Shown here piece after piece: positions 48,273 to 57,687 of a stretch of 64,000 nucleotides of DNA. The notes below the pieces were generated by a model, which ran no database searches, was not told where the DNA came from, and worked only from the letters and a program-made list of their open reading frames with translations. Every line of letters starts with the position of its first letter. Within the stretch, counting starts at the first letter, position 1. The DNA is from an uncultured Cytophagia bacterium (GTDB taxonomy: Bacteria; Zhuqueibacterota; Zhuqueibacteria; Thermofontimicrobiales; Thermofontimicrobiaceae). The translations under genes were made by a program, and so were the position numbers. The stretch is from the NCBI GenBank assembly GCA_964647995.1, contig CAZYNP010000003.1:132571-196570 (forward strand), read 5' to 3'.

Positions 48273-50054
48273 TTATTGGATGCTATTTTTTTGGTCACAC
48301 GGCAAAAAAACTGAAAAAATACTCCCAACGCCCACTTCGCTTTCGACCTCGATCCGGCCACCATGCTCCTCAACGATTTGCTGAGCAATCGATAGCCCCA
48401 GGCCGGTACCCCCCTGTTTCGAAGAATAGTAAAAATCAAAAATGCGATGGAGTTGCTCCCGGGGAATCCCTTTGCCCGTATCACGAAAATAGACCACCAG
48501 CCACTCCCTTTGTTCCCGATCCCGCTGCGAATCCATCCCAATCGTTAGCACACCGCCCCCCGGCATAGCTTGAAGGGCATTGATCAAAATGTTCAGAAAA
48601 ACCTGGCGCAATTGCTTTTCATCCGCAGAAATAGCCTGATCCGTTGTTGCATATCGGCGATGAATCCGAACTCCTGATTGCAGCGCCTCTGCCTGCTGAC
48701 TGAGAATCAGATCATCCAATACCTTCGAAATGACGACCAGTAACTTTTTGGGCTTGGGGGGATGGCCCAACATCAAGAAATGATTCACCAGATCATCCAC
48801 CCGTCTGATTTCCGCGGCCACGATGCTCAGATAATGCTGCAGTTTGGTGACGTTGGGAGCTGATTTGGACAGCTCCCGCTCGATGATGCGCATATTGACG
48901 ACCATTGCATTCAGCGGATTTTTGATTTCATGCGAGAAAACCGCGGCCATCCGATTGAGCGTTTCCAGGCGTTCACTTTTTTTCACCTTTTCCTGAAATT
49001 GGATCAACTTCTCCGCCATTTCATTGAATCGCTCGGCCAATTTCGAAATTTCATCCATCCCAAGCGATGGAATCCGATACTGCAGGTCACCGGCAGAGAA
49101 TCGTTCCATCCCCGACACCAACTGGTTTACTGGGGTCACGATCCAGCGAGTATAAATAAAAGCAATCACCGACGAGAGAAAGATGCTAATGCCAACGAAT
49201 CCGAGCGTTTGCATGCGCATTTTATCGGCAACGGCAAACGCCTCCTGCACCGGCTGCTGGATGACCACGCCCCAATTCAGCCGCGGCAGAATCACAAACG
49301 AGGCGATCATTTTTTTCCGATCGTGAGTGACATAAATACGCCAGCCACTGCTATCGCTCTTAATATCATTATAAATTTCTTCTTCAGCAAAAGTCTGCTT
49401 GAGATAGACCATCTTCGGCTCTGAGTGAGCCAGATAGCGCCCATTTTTGTCAAATACAAATGCCTGCCCCGATGTGCCGACGACCCCCTTTTCCACCAGT
49501 TCCCACATCTCTTTCAAGTTCACTTCGGTAAGCAACAACCCCTCGATCTGATTGTATGAACGCACCGGCGCCGCCATTCGGATCACCGGTAATCGATCAT
49601 CGTACAAATAAACCTCGGATTGATAGACCGTGCCCGTTAGCACCTGACTGATAAATGGCTGCTGTCGATATTGATCGCGGCGGTCAACGGGGAAAGTCGA
49701 TAGCACCACCTGCCCTGAGTCATTCAAATATTTGAAGTCCCGAAAAATTGGGAAATCGCTTACCAACGTATTCAAAAATAAATCCTGCGCCAGGCGAGTT
49801 TTCAAGGTGCTAAAAACATTGGATGCATTGAATTCCAGAATCTGCCGGGCATTGGCAACGGTCATTTCCAAACTGGTCGCCAGATGACGTGCCAATTCCA
49901 GATTACGATGATTGACCACCTCCTCAACCGCGTTCTGAACCGTGCGAATTAACACTGTGGCGGTGATCATAATTGGAATGGACGCTAATAGGATATGGGA
50001 TATTAGCAACTTGGTAATGAAGCGATGCTTGATTTTTATTCGCTCTTTTGCCAT
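48273..50054 (-). CDS. Sensor histidine kinase (TM-dCache-TM-HAMP-HisKA-HATPase)
   Basis: Two TMs around a Cache-like domain, HAMP, H-box FSHEIKNPLN, N-box NILINALQAM, DTGKGI, GTGLGL. Start 50054 or 50087. Confidence 0.92.
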   Translation of the reverse strand: MAKERIKIKHRFITKLLISHILLASIPIMITATVLIRTVQNAVEEVVNHRNLELARHLATSLEMTVANARQILEFNASNVFSTLKTRLAQDLFLNTLVSDFPIFRDFKYLNDSGQVVLSTFPVDRRDQYRQQPFISQVLTGTVYQSEVYLYDDRLPVIRMAAPVRSYNQIEGLLLTEVNLKEMWELVEKGVVGTSGQAFVFDKNGRYLAHSEPKMVYLKQTFAEEEIYNDIKSDSSGWRIYVTHDRKKMIASFVILPRLNWGVVIQQPVQEAFAVADKMRMQTLGFVGISIFLSSVIAFIYTRWIVTPVNQLVSGMERFSAGDLQYRIPSLGMDEISKLAERFNEMAEKLIQFQEKVKKSERLETLNRMAAVFSHEIKNPLNAMVVNMRIIERELSKSAPNVTKLQHYLSIVAAEIRRVDDLVNHFLMLGHPPKPKKLLVVISKVLDDLILSQQAEALQSGVRIHRRYATTDQAISADEKQLRQVFLNILINALQAMPGGGVLTIGMDSQRDREQREWLVVYFRDTGKGIPREQLHRIFDFYYSSKQGGTGLGLSIAQQIVEEHGGRIEVESEVGVGSIFSVFLPCDQKNSIQ

Positions 50055-50065
50055 AGCGCGACGAT

Positions 50066-51292
50066 TTATTTTCGATTGATCTTCCACTCCGTAAATGGCA
50101 GCAGTCGTCCCGCGCTGTCCTGAAAAACGGCAAATTTATTGCGATTGACAAAATACCGCTCGAGCCATAAAAAGAATAAGAACGCGACGGGATTATCTTT
50201 GTTGATCTCGTGCTGCAACGCTTGAAATAGCATTTTGCGGGACATCGGATCCTGAGCGACTTTATAAAGAGCCACATAGCGATCAAAGGTACGATTGCGA
50301 TAACCCACAAAATTTTCTTTGCTGGCAGAATGAAAAAACGCCTCCAAACTTTCGATCGTCTCGTCAAATTGATAATTCATGAGCACCACATCATAATTGC
50401 GCGATGCCAATCGTCGCTTGATCTCGCTTTTCGGTAGCGGAAGCCTGATCACATCAATCCCCAGTTTGTTCCAATCGATTTTTATGCCCGAAACCAGATG
50501 CTCATCCAGCAATGCCCCCTTCTCATAGATCAGCGATATTCGAAACGGCGTGTCATTTTTATCCAGAATCCCGTCCCCGTTGGTATCCCGCCAATTATCG
50601 TTCAGGAGCAGTTGCAGCGCTTTTCTCGGATTGAATTTATATTCTTCGAGACCGGTGAGGTGTTGCGGCGATTCCTGGGAGAAGGGGCCATCGGCGGCAA
50701 AAGCGCGACCTTTTAAGATCCGATCAAACATATAACTTCGATTGAGCGCGTAGCTCAGAGACTTTCGCAGGATGGCATTCTTGAGCAGCGGATGCTGATT
50801 GTTATAAGCCAATAGCTTCACCGAATTGGTGGGTTTATACCGAAAAGAAACGCTCACCGAAGTGGTGGATCGGTCCACCTCTTCAGCGGCGTCATCGCTT
50901 TCGGTGATAGCAAAATCCACCTCATCGGTAATGATCGCCGCGATCAGGCGCTGTTCTGATTCAAAAAAACGGAAAATGATGCGCGCCGGGCGATTCGATT
51001 CCATTTCGGTCGGATATTTGATGCGAAAGACGAGCTCGCTCGCCGATCTGGAAACGCGTTCCAGTTCAATCCCACTCTCATTTGGAACTGCCGGATAATA
51101 ATTTTGCCGAATCAATTCCTCCACATCATCAGGATCTACCCGCCCAAACAATTCGCCGACGATCAAATCTCTCCAGTCATTCGAAAGCGCGGTTTGAGCC
51201 TGGCTATGACTCCAGAGCAGTAGCAGCACGAGGACACCGCCCATAATGAGCGATGTCAGATAGGTGGCGATTACGGATAATTTTCTGATCAA
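50066..51292 (-). CDS. Family-5 (Opp/Dpp-like) solute-binding protein, N-terminally shortened
   Basis: LAYNNQHPLLKNAILRKSLSYALNR, YKFNPRKALQLL...WRDTNGDGILDKN, IKIDWNKLGIDV, NFVGYRN; N-terminal hydrophobic anchor. Confidence 0.8.
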   Translation of the reverse strand: MIRKLSVIATYLTSLIMGGVLVLLLLWSHSQAQTALSNDWRDLIVGELFGRVDPDDVEELIRQNYYPAVPNESGIELERVSRSASELVFRIKYPTEMESNRPARIIFRFFESEQRLIAAIITDEVDFAITESDDAAEEVDRSTTSVSVSFRYKPTNSVKLLAYNNQHPLLKNAILRKSLSYALNRSYMFDRILKGRAFAADGPFSQESPQHLTGLEEYKFNPRKALQLLLNDNWRDTNGDGILDKNDTPFRISLIYEKGALLDEHLVSGIKIDWNKLGIDVIRLPLPKSEIKRRLASRNYDVVLMNYQFDETIESLEAFFHSASKENFVGYRNRTFDRYVALYKVAQDPMSRKMLFQALQHEINKDNPVAFLFFLWLERYFVNRNKFAVFQDSAGRLLPFTEWKINRK

Positions 51293-51367
51293 ATTCGTAT
51301 GAGTTCTCTTTGGTCACCAGGATAATTTTGCACTCAGCCTTGAAATAACCGGGTGAAATTCAATGTT

Positions 51368-51396
51368 ATTTTAGCATATTTATTTTAAAATAGCAA
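51368..51396 (-). promoter_or_regulatory. sigma70-type promoter for the SBP-kinase operon
   Basis: TTGCTA, 17 nt, TAAAAT with extended TGn, minus strand. Confidence 0.55.
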
Positions 51397-51424
51397 GCAA
51401 AATTTATCAGCCACCAAAAAGCAC

Positions 51425-51453
51425 TTGACATTTATTAAAAATATTATTTAATT
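51425..51453 (+). promoter_or_regulatory. Possible sigma70-type promoter for the Ig-like lipoprotein
   Basis: TTGACA (51425-51430) followed by an AT-rich spacer and TTAATT. Confidence 0.45.
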
Positions 51454-51500
51454 ATCTTCGTTCCATAGCGAAGGTGGTCAACACATGGGAGAGGTAAATC

Positions 51501-52739
51501 ATGAGATCCCTCAGACATTGGCAGATGTGGCTATGCTTAGGGTTGATAGCTATCATCGGCTGCACCGAAGAACAGCCGTACTCACCAGAACTTCAACCAG
51601 GACAAATTGTTGGTGTTATAAAACCCAGCACTGCCCTGGCGCAGATCGAGCTGGTGCAGGGCGTTCCAATGCAATCAACTACCTGCGACTCAACGGGCTA
51701 CTACAAATTCCATCGAGTTACTGCCGGCACCTATAATCTGCGGATTAGCGCCCCCAATTACGGTCGGCAGGTGTTGACCAATATCGTGGTCTACCCCAAT
51801 CGCATTACCGCGGTTCCGGATGTGTATTTGAAACCGATTCCGGAACAGATTGCGACGACGTTTCCACTCAACAATGCCACTGACTTTCCTTTGACCGCCG
51901 CGGTTCAAATTGAGTTTAATTTTCTCATGAATCAATCCTCGGTAGAGGCCAATTTTGAGCTCCAGCCAGGTGTTCCGGGACATTTTTCCTGGGCCATTAG
52001 CAATGGTAAGAGCATCATGTCGTTTCAGCCAGATGATCAATATGTTTCCAGTTTCTGGTATCAGGCGGTGCTCAATAAAAATGCCCAAACGATCTATGGC
52101 GAAAACCTAACGTTCGATTACTGGATAAATTTTGAAACCGAGGCGGCGAAAATTACCAACACCGTGCCCCAGAATGGTGCGACTTTCGTTTCCCCGCAAA
52201 CTGCCATTTACTTCTATTTCAATTCTGCTATGAACCGGCAAAGCGTGGAACAACACTTCGTAATTTACCCGACCAAATTGGGCAGCTTCAAATGGTTGGA
52301 TTCGAAACGGCTGATTTTTCAACCTGGCAGCTATCTGGCCAGTAATACGCAGTACCAGATCGCCATCGATCCTGCCGCAACCGATATCTATGGAACACCC
52401 TTATCCAGCAAAATGAATATCTCCTTCAAAACCGAACCGTTAATGATCACCTCTTCTTATCCGGTTAATGGCGCCACGGCCGTCAGCCGCTCGACACCGA
52501 TTACGATTACCTTCAACACACTAATGAATCAAATATCAGCCCAGCAGGCCTTTTCCATTTCGCCGCTGGCATCGGGGTGGAATTTTCAATGGAGTGATCT
52601 CAGTCGATTTCAATACACAGGCACGACGCGATTAGAGGCGAATACTTTCTACACAGTAACGATTGATACTACCTGCAGCGACGCCTGGGGCAATGCTCTG
52701 CCAACCAGTTTTAGCTTTATTTTTAAAACAGGCGATTAA
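51501..52739 (+). CDS. Lipoprotein with carboxypeptidase-regulatory-like domain and three Big_5 Ig-like repeats
   Basis: Lipobox IIGC; GYYKFHRVTAGTYNLRISA; three T-x-P-x-NGAT-x-V...I-x-F-x-MNx-x-S...F-x-T repeats. Confidence 0.8.
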   Translation: MRSLRHWQMWLCLGLIAIIGCTEEQPYSPELQPGQIVGVIKPSTALAQIELVQGVPMQSTTCDSTGYYKFHRVTAGTYNLRISAPNYGRQVLTNIVVYPNRITAVPDVYLKPIPEQIATTFPLNNATDFPLTAAVQIEFNFLMNQSSVEANFELQPGVPGHFSWAISNGKSIMSFQPDDQYVSSFWYQAVLNKNAQTIYGENLTFDYWINFETEAAKITNTVPQNGATFVSPQTAIYFYFNSAMNRQSVEQHFVIYPTKLGSFKWLDSKRLIFQPGSYLASNTQYQIAIDPAATDIYGTPLSSKMNISFKTEPLMITSSYPVNGATAVSRSTPITITFNTLMNQISAQQAFSISPLASGWNFQWSDLSRFQYTGTTRLEANTFYTVTIDTTCSDAWGNALPTSFSFIFKTGD

Positions 52740-52795
52740 TCGGTTTTTGCTATTCATCGACTGGAGTCGCCAGCAGGTTTCTGGCAATCCAGATA

Positions 52796-53644
52796 TTACA
52801 GCAGTTCTTTATAAATGTTCTCCCGATTGGGATCCAGTTGGATCAATTTGCGAAAGATGTCCCGATCAGGAGAATTCTTAAACAGTTCTACGATCTCAAT
52901 ATAATGTGCTTGGAGGAAATTGTCAACTCGCTTGAACTTTGGATTTTCCTGCTTCTTGATTTCTTCGAGCATATTGATGGCTTCTTTGCAGTAAGTTCTG
53001 GCTTTGGCGGGGTCTTCTTTGGCAAAATATAGACCGTAGAAATAGAAATCTTTCATCTCGCGATACTTTTTGGTCTTATCACTCACCAGATCATGAATTA
53101 ACTCAACCCGGATGTCCCAGCCTTCGATGAACTGCCCCATGCCAAACCGAGCTTGCTCGGCAATAAGCTTGGCTTTTTCAAAATAGGAATTGCCTAACAG
53201 GTGACCAAATTTGTCCATCTCCTCGCCGATAATGATATTTACATAAAAATCCAGCAGACTGGTGAGGGAATCCCAATTATTCTCGGAATGAACCGGTATT
53301 TCGCCTTTCTGATATTCCATCCGGCAGCGCTTATCGGAATACTGGACATCCGAATTGTTCGAAATCAGCAATTGCACCTTGTATCGGTCTTCATAGCTGA
53401 CGCTGATATCCTGTAACAGCATATTCAAGCTAACCTTGATTTCACCAATGAACTCATCATTGGTCCATTTGTAATTATTCAGATAATCTTCCAGGACATT
53501 TTTAAAATTGCTGAGTTTTTCGCGCTTTTCATCTGGCAGCGCATTTAATTCTAAATCAACGGTTGCTCGAATCGTTTGCGCACTGACGACTGGAAGATGG
53601 ATCAATCCGAACCAATAACAACATGCAAGAGCGATAATAGCCAT
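52796..53644 (-). CDS. DUF4835 family protein (T9SS-associated in Bacteroidota)
   Basis: LEDYLNNYKW, LLDFYVNIIIGEEMDKF...GNSYFEKAK...GWDIRVEL...FYFYGL. Start moved to 53644. Confidence 0.7.
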   Translation of the reverse strand: MAIIALACCYWFGLIHLPVVSAQTIRATVDLELNALPDEKREKLSNFKNVLEDYLNNYKWTNDEFIGEIKVSLNMLLQDISVSYEDRYKVQLLISNNSDVQYSDKRCRMEYQKGEIPVHSENNWDSLTSLLDFYVNIIIGEEMDKFGHLLGNSYFEKAKLIAEQARFGMGQFIEGWDIRVELIHDLVSDKTKKYREMKDFYFYGLYFAKEDPAKARTYCKEAINMLEEIKKQENPKFKRVDNFLQAHYIEIVELFKNSPDRDIFRKLIQLDPNRENIYKELL

Positions 53645-53741
53645 GACACGCTGGAAATTGCCCTCGCTGCGAACGGTACCAGGCCTCTTTGCTATCATTT
53701 ATGTCCTCCAACGGAAGGTTGCCATTCATCCACTATTCTTT

Positions 53742-54692
53742 TTGTCAAACTTACGAATTTTAACGGAAAGAAGCAAGCAAATAGTTGTTACGTTCTGGCT
53801 CAAGCCATGCCTGCTCACGCCACTCATCGGTTGTCTTGTTCTGGCACAAGCCTGCCTTGCCAGTTTTGAGTTGAACGGTTGTGCTGCGCGCTATCATGCC
53901 CTGGGCAAAGCCTACGTCGGCCGGGCCAATACTCCCGATGCGATTTTTAGCAACTGCAGCGGCCTGGCGCAAGCCGGCTACCCCTCAGCCGTTTTCTTTT
54001 ATACCAACCTCTTTGGCATGAAGGAGCTTGCCCACGCCTCATTTTCAGCAGTGGTCCCAACGCCCATCGGCTACTTTGGCGCGGGAATGATTAACTTTGG
54101 TAATGAGACCTATCGTGAACAATCGCTCCTGCTGTCCTACAACCGCTCGATCGGCTCAAAATTCTACTGGGGCTGCAATCTGCATTATATGAAACTCCAG
54201 ATTGATCGCTATGGTTCAGATTTTTCGATCGTCCTGGATGCCGGGTGGCTGTTAAAAGTCACTTCCAACTTCCAATGGGGGTTCTGTGCTGGCAACATCA
54301 CTCGTTCTAATCTCAGTTCGGGTTCGAAGCCCTTACCCCAAACTCTTGCTATGGGATTTAGCTATCAGCCAATTGCTCCCGCGATTTTCAACCTGGATTT
54401 TTTCAAGGAGACGACATTTCCAATGGAGCTTCGTGCGGGCATCGAATATTATCTATTCCAACGAATTGCACTTCGCAGCGGATTTTCTACCGCTCCGACC
54501 CAATTTTCCGCCGGTTTTGGGTTGTTGCTTTCGGTGGTGGAAATCGATTATGCCATCGCCACCCATGCTGATCTTGGTCTAACGCATTATTTCTCGATTC
54601 AATTTCCGGTGAAAAAGCAGCAAAGTACTCTGGCCAGGCCTCCCAATAACGCCAAATCCGAACCACGAACCACTTGCGAAGATCAATATTAA
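53742..54692 (+). CDS. PorV-like outer-membrane beta-barrel, apparently truncated before a C-terminal HhH domain
   Basis: ARYHALGKAY...AIFSNCSGLAQ...FYTNLFGMKEL...FGNETYRE...IDRYG...LDAG...LRSGFS...FSAGFG...HADLGLTHYFS. Start uncertain (ORF track gives 53643, which collides with the divergent gene). Confidence 0.7.
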   Translation: MSNLRILTERSKQIVVTFWLKPCLLTPLIGCLVLAQACLASFELNGCAARYHALGKAYVGRANTPDAIFSNCSGLAQAGYPSAVFFYTNLFGMKELAHASFSAVVPTPIGYFGAGMINFGNETYREQSLLLSYNRSIGSKFYWGCNLHYMKLQIDRYGSDFSIVLDAGWLLKVTSNFQWGFCAGNITRSNLSSGSKPLPQTLAMGFSYQPIAPAIFNLDFFKETTFPMELRAGIEYYLFQRIALRSGFSTAPTQFSAGFGLLLSVVEIDYAIATHADLGLTHYFSIQFPVKKQQSTLARPPNNAKSEPRTTCEDQY

Positions 54693-54873
54693 TCGGACAG
54701 GTGAACCGGAACTCTGACAAATTTCAGGACTCAGCCGGCTCCGGAACCAACGCATCGTTCGGCATCGCCGGATGAGCAGCCCATTTATGGAATTAGAGAC
54801 GCTAACGAACGTTAACGCCATTAGCCCCAAGCAATGGAAACCATTACTTTTTGATTTTACTATTTCGGATTAG
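54679..54873 (+). pseudogene. Decayed ComEA-type helix-hairpin-helix domain (frameshifted, internal TGA)
   Basis: Frame +1 relative to the preceding ORF reads KININRTGEPEL*QISGLSRLRNQRIVRHRRMSSPFMELETLTNVNAISPKQWKPL...FTISD*, matching the ComEA HhH pattern. It ends at the TAG overlapping the next gene's AGGAG. Confidence 0.7.
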
Positions 54874-54882
54874 GAGCGATTC

Positions 54883-56874
54883 ATGCCACTGCGGTATTGG
54901 TTATTGGTATTGATCGGGCTCAATTTCACCTCCAGCCTTTTTTCGCAGCAATCCGACCTGGACTGGTTTCTGGAGCGAACGGAAGAATTTGAGGAAGCTT
55001 CGGAGGTGTTGGAACTATTAGCCGAGTTCGAGAGACACCCCATCGATCTCAATCAGGCAACCGAAGAGCAGTTGCTGGTTCTGCCCTGGATTTCGGAACC
55101 GATGGCCAAACGCCTGGTAGCCTATCGCGCCCGAAAGGGACCCTTTAGAGATCTGGAGGACCTGGCTCGAATTCCTCACTTCAACATCGAACTTATTCCC
55201 CTGCTGCGGCCTTATGTCGTGGTACGAGCGGTAGAAACGCCTGATGCTTTCTCTGCCACCCTGAAAACCCGCATGATCGAAAAATTGGAAAAAAATGTCG
55301 GTCTGCGCACGGGCACCTATTATCCATCATCGCCTAAAGTTTATAACCGGATAGATCTCGGTTTCCGCAATCGTTTAAACGCCGGGTTGATCCTGGAAAA
55401 AGACACTGGCGAGCGGCGATGGAATGATTTGGGTTTGGCATTTATCAAATTTGCCGATCCTGCCCAAAACTATCGTCTCATTCTGGGGAATTATCGGCTG
55501 GAGTTTGCTCACGGCCTGGTTTTTGGCAATCCCATATATCACGGAACAGGTTATCAGCCGCTGTTGCCGGCCAAAGGGCAGAGCCGGCAGTTGGTGGAAT
55601 ACACGCTGGTGGACGAAAATGCTTCACTTTACGGAGGTGCTGGTCAACTTTCCTTCAAATTTTATCAAATTTTCATTTTTTATTCACAGCAGCGTCTCGA
55701 TGCCTTGTTGAATAGCGACGGCAGCATTAAAAATTTTTACACTTCAGGCTATCATCGCAACCCGACGGAACTCAGCAAGAAAGACCAGCTTACCGAAACC
55801 GTGTTCGGCGCCAGAGTTGGCCTGCTGCCGGTGCGGGATTTTTCCCTGGGAGTAACCGCCTATCGCTCCCGATACAGTCAACCCATTCGGCCCGAGATCA
55901 AGTCCCACTCGCTGTTTGACTTTCGAGGTAGCCGCAATGGTATCGTTGGTGTCGATTTTTCAGCCAATCTGGGTGTGGTCCAGATCTTCGGTGAGTCTGC
56001 TCGCTCGCAAAATAATGGTTTCGGCCTAATCGCTGGCGCCATTTGGGAGACTCCGGCCATCGAAATGGCGTTGATGGCGCGACATTATACCAGGAATTTT
56101 CAAAGTTTGCATGGCAAAAGTTACAGCCAGAGGAGTGATCAGCCTCAAAATGAGAGCGGTATTTATATGGGGCTGCAATTGTCACCAATTAAGCCGCTAA
56201 AACTTATAGTCTCTTTTGATCATTTCAAGTTTCCCTGGGCGACCTATTTGATGCCGTTACCCGCCAGTGGGACGGAGTTGCTGCTGCGGATGGAATACCG
56301 ATCCAGGCGTAAACTTAATTTTTACTGGCAGCTCAAAGCAACTCAACGTGATCATGGCCTTAGCTATCTGGATGAGCTGAAACGAGACCACCAGATCATT
56401 GCGATGCGGCGCCAGATGACCGCTCGCTGGCAACTGGAATACCAACCCTGGTCACAACTACGAATTCGTGGCCGTATCGAAGCAACCTGGATCAATTATG
56501 ATCCCCATGAAGCCGCATTAACGCAGCAATTCCCCAAACGCCACGGCATCCTGCTATTTCAAGAAGCAGTTGTAGCTGTTACTAAAAATTTAACCTTCAA
56601 CAGTCGACTCACTTTCTTTGACACCGACGACTACGATAGCCGGCTCTATCAATTTGAGCATGATGTGCCGTCGATGATGACCAATAGCCTGCTCTATGGG
56701 GTGGGCAATCGCTGGTATGCCAATGTCCAATGGAAATTCGGCGCGCAATTCCGGCTTTCGGCTAAATTCAGTTCCACCAGGTACTATTTTCAGGATACCA
56801 TCGGCACAGGGTGGGACTTAATACCCAGCGATTGCTTGCATGCCCTGCACCTTCAATTCGAAGCATCTCTGTAA
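54883..56874 (+). CDS. ComEA-like helix-hairpin-helix domain protein with a large C-terminal beta-barrel
   Basis: Signal peptide; PIDLNQATEEQLLVLPWISEPMAKRLVAYRARKGPFRDLEDL; barrel motifs LEKDTGE, ILGNYRLEFAHGLV, SGYHRNPTE, FFDTDDYDSRLYQFEHDV. Confidence 0.85.
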   Translation: MPLRYWLLVLIGLNFTSSLFSQQSDLDWFLERTEEFEEASEVLELLAEFERHPIDLNQATEEQLLVLPWISEPMAKRLVAYRARKGPFRDLEDLARIPHFNIELIPLLRPYVVVRAVETPDAFSATLKTRMIEKLEKNVGLRTGTYYPSSPKVYNRIDLGFRNRLNAGLILEKDTGERRWNDLGLAFIKFADPAQNYRLILGNYRLEFAHGLVFGNPIYHGTGYQPLLPAKGQSRQLVEYTLVDENASLYGGAGQLSFKFYQIFIFYSQQRLDALLNSDGSIKNFYTSGYHRNPTELSKKDQLTETVFGARVGLLPVRDFSLGVTAYRSRYSQPIRPEIKSHSLFDFRGSRNGIVGVDFSANLGVVQIFGESARSQNNGFGLIAGAIWETPAIEMALMARHYTRNFQSLHGKSYSQRSDQPQNESGIYMGLQLSPIKPLKLIVSFDHFKFPWATYLMPLPASGTELLLRMEYRSRRKLNFYWQLKATQRDHGLSYLDELKRDHQIIAMRRQMTARWQLEYQPWSQLRIRGRIEATWINYDPHEAALTQQFPKRHGILLFQEAVVAVTKNLTFNSRLTFFDTDDYDSRLYQFEHDVPSMMTNSLLYGVGNRWYANVQWKFGAQFRLSAKFSSTRYYFQDTIGTGWDLIPSDCLHALHLQFEASL

Positions 56875-57049
56875 ATCGCTGTCTATTCCAGGCAATGGCC
56901 AACAGTTTTGATTTTATATCGTGATTGCTAAAGCCAACTCCCTCTGGCCAATGGCGATTGAACGACTTTTTTGCAATACTGTCTGACTAAATTGCATTTC
57001 CACTGCTCCTGGTCGGCTTCGTTCCAAATTTGAGAGTCGAAATTTCCTG

Positions 57050-57078
57050 TTGCATTATTGTCGGAAATATCTTATATT
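57050..57078 (+). promoter_or_regulatory. sigma70-type promoter
   Basis: TTGCAT (57050-57055), 17 nt, TATATT (57073-57078). Confidence 0.65.
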
Positions 57079-57126
57079 AGTCTGTTTTAAATGTGACATT
57101 CAGATTTATGAAAGTTGAATCGCCTC

Positions 57127-57687
57127 ATGGATAAATTGATCCTTCGAATTCTGAAACTCGGCAATCGTCTGGCGAAGTCCAATCGGGTAGTGGATATTTG
57201 CGCTACCTTTGCGACTGCGCGCTCGGTACTGGTCTTTATGCCCCATCAGTTGGTAGACTTTGGTTTTGCCCGAAAATTTGTTCCCCAACTCATTAGCAGT
57301 TTCCCCCATGCAAAAGTTAATTTTGTCCTGCGCAAAAACTTCGAAAGCCTGATGGATCACAAGGATAACTATGGCACAATATTTGTTGCCGATAACGATG
57401 TCAATTATTTCGGGCTCCCGAAAAAAAACTTACGGCAGCGGGTATTGGCAACACAGCATGACATAGTTATCGATCTGAATGATGATTTTCATCTGCTTAG
57501 CACCTATCTATGTCAAAAAAGCAAAGCCACGTTAAAAATTTGCTTGGATCATGTGAATCGAGAGCCATTCTATAATTTCTCCTTCCGCAGTCAATTGCAA
57601 CGAGAACTGGAGGAGAAATATCGCCGGTTGGTGCAGTATTTGAAAGCATTTGTGGTTGCCAGAGCAACGGATTCAGTCTCCGCTTGA
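57127..57687 (+). CDS. DUF6913-like protein (resembles the N-terminal half of a GT9 glycosyltransferase)
   Basis: RSVLVFMP...LISSFPHAKVNFV...HDIVIDLNDDFHLLSTYL...AT(L)KICL...PFYNF; only about 186 aa. Confidence 0.5.
   Translation: MDKLILRILKLGNRLAKSNRVVDICATFATARSVLVFMPHQLVDFGFARKFVPQLISSFPHAKVNFVLRKNFESLMDHKDNYGTIFVADNDVNYFGLPKKNLRQRVLATQHDIVIDLNDDFHLLSTYLCQKSKATLKICLDHVNREPFYNFSFRSQLQRELEEKYRRLVQYLKAFVVARATDSVSA

Noticed and set aside
54715-54717. Selenocysteine or programmed recoding at the TGA in the HhH relic
   Set aside because: It would also need a +1 frameshift. The nearby GAAAAAG is an incomplete -1 slippery site (wrong direction), no SECIS-like hairpin is evident, and other residues are degraded.
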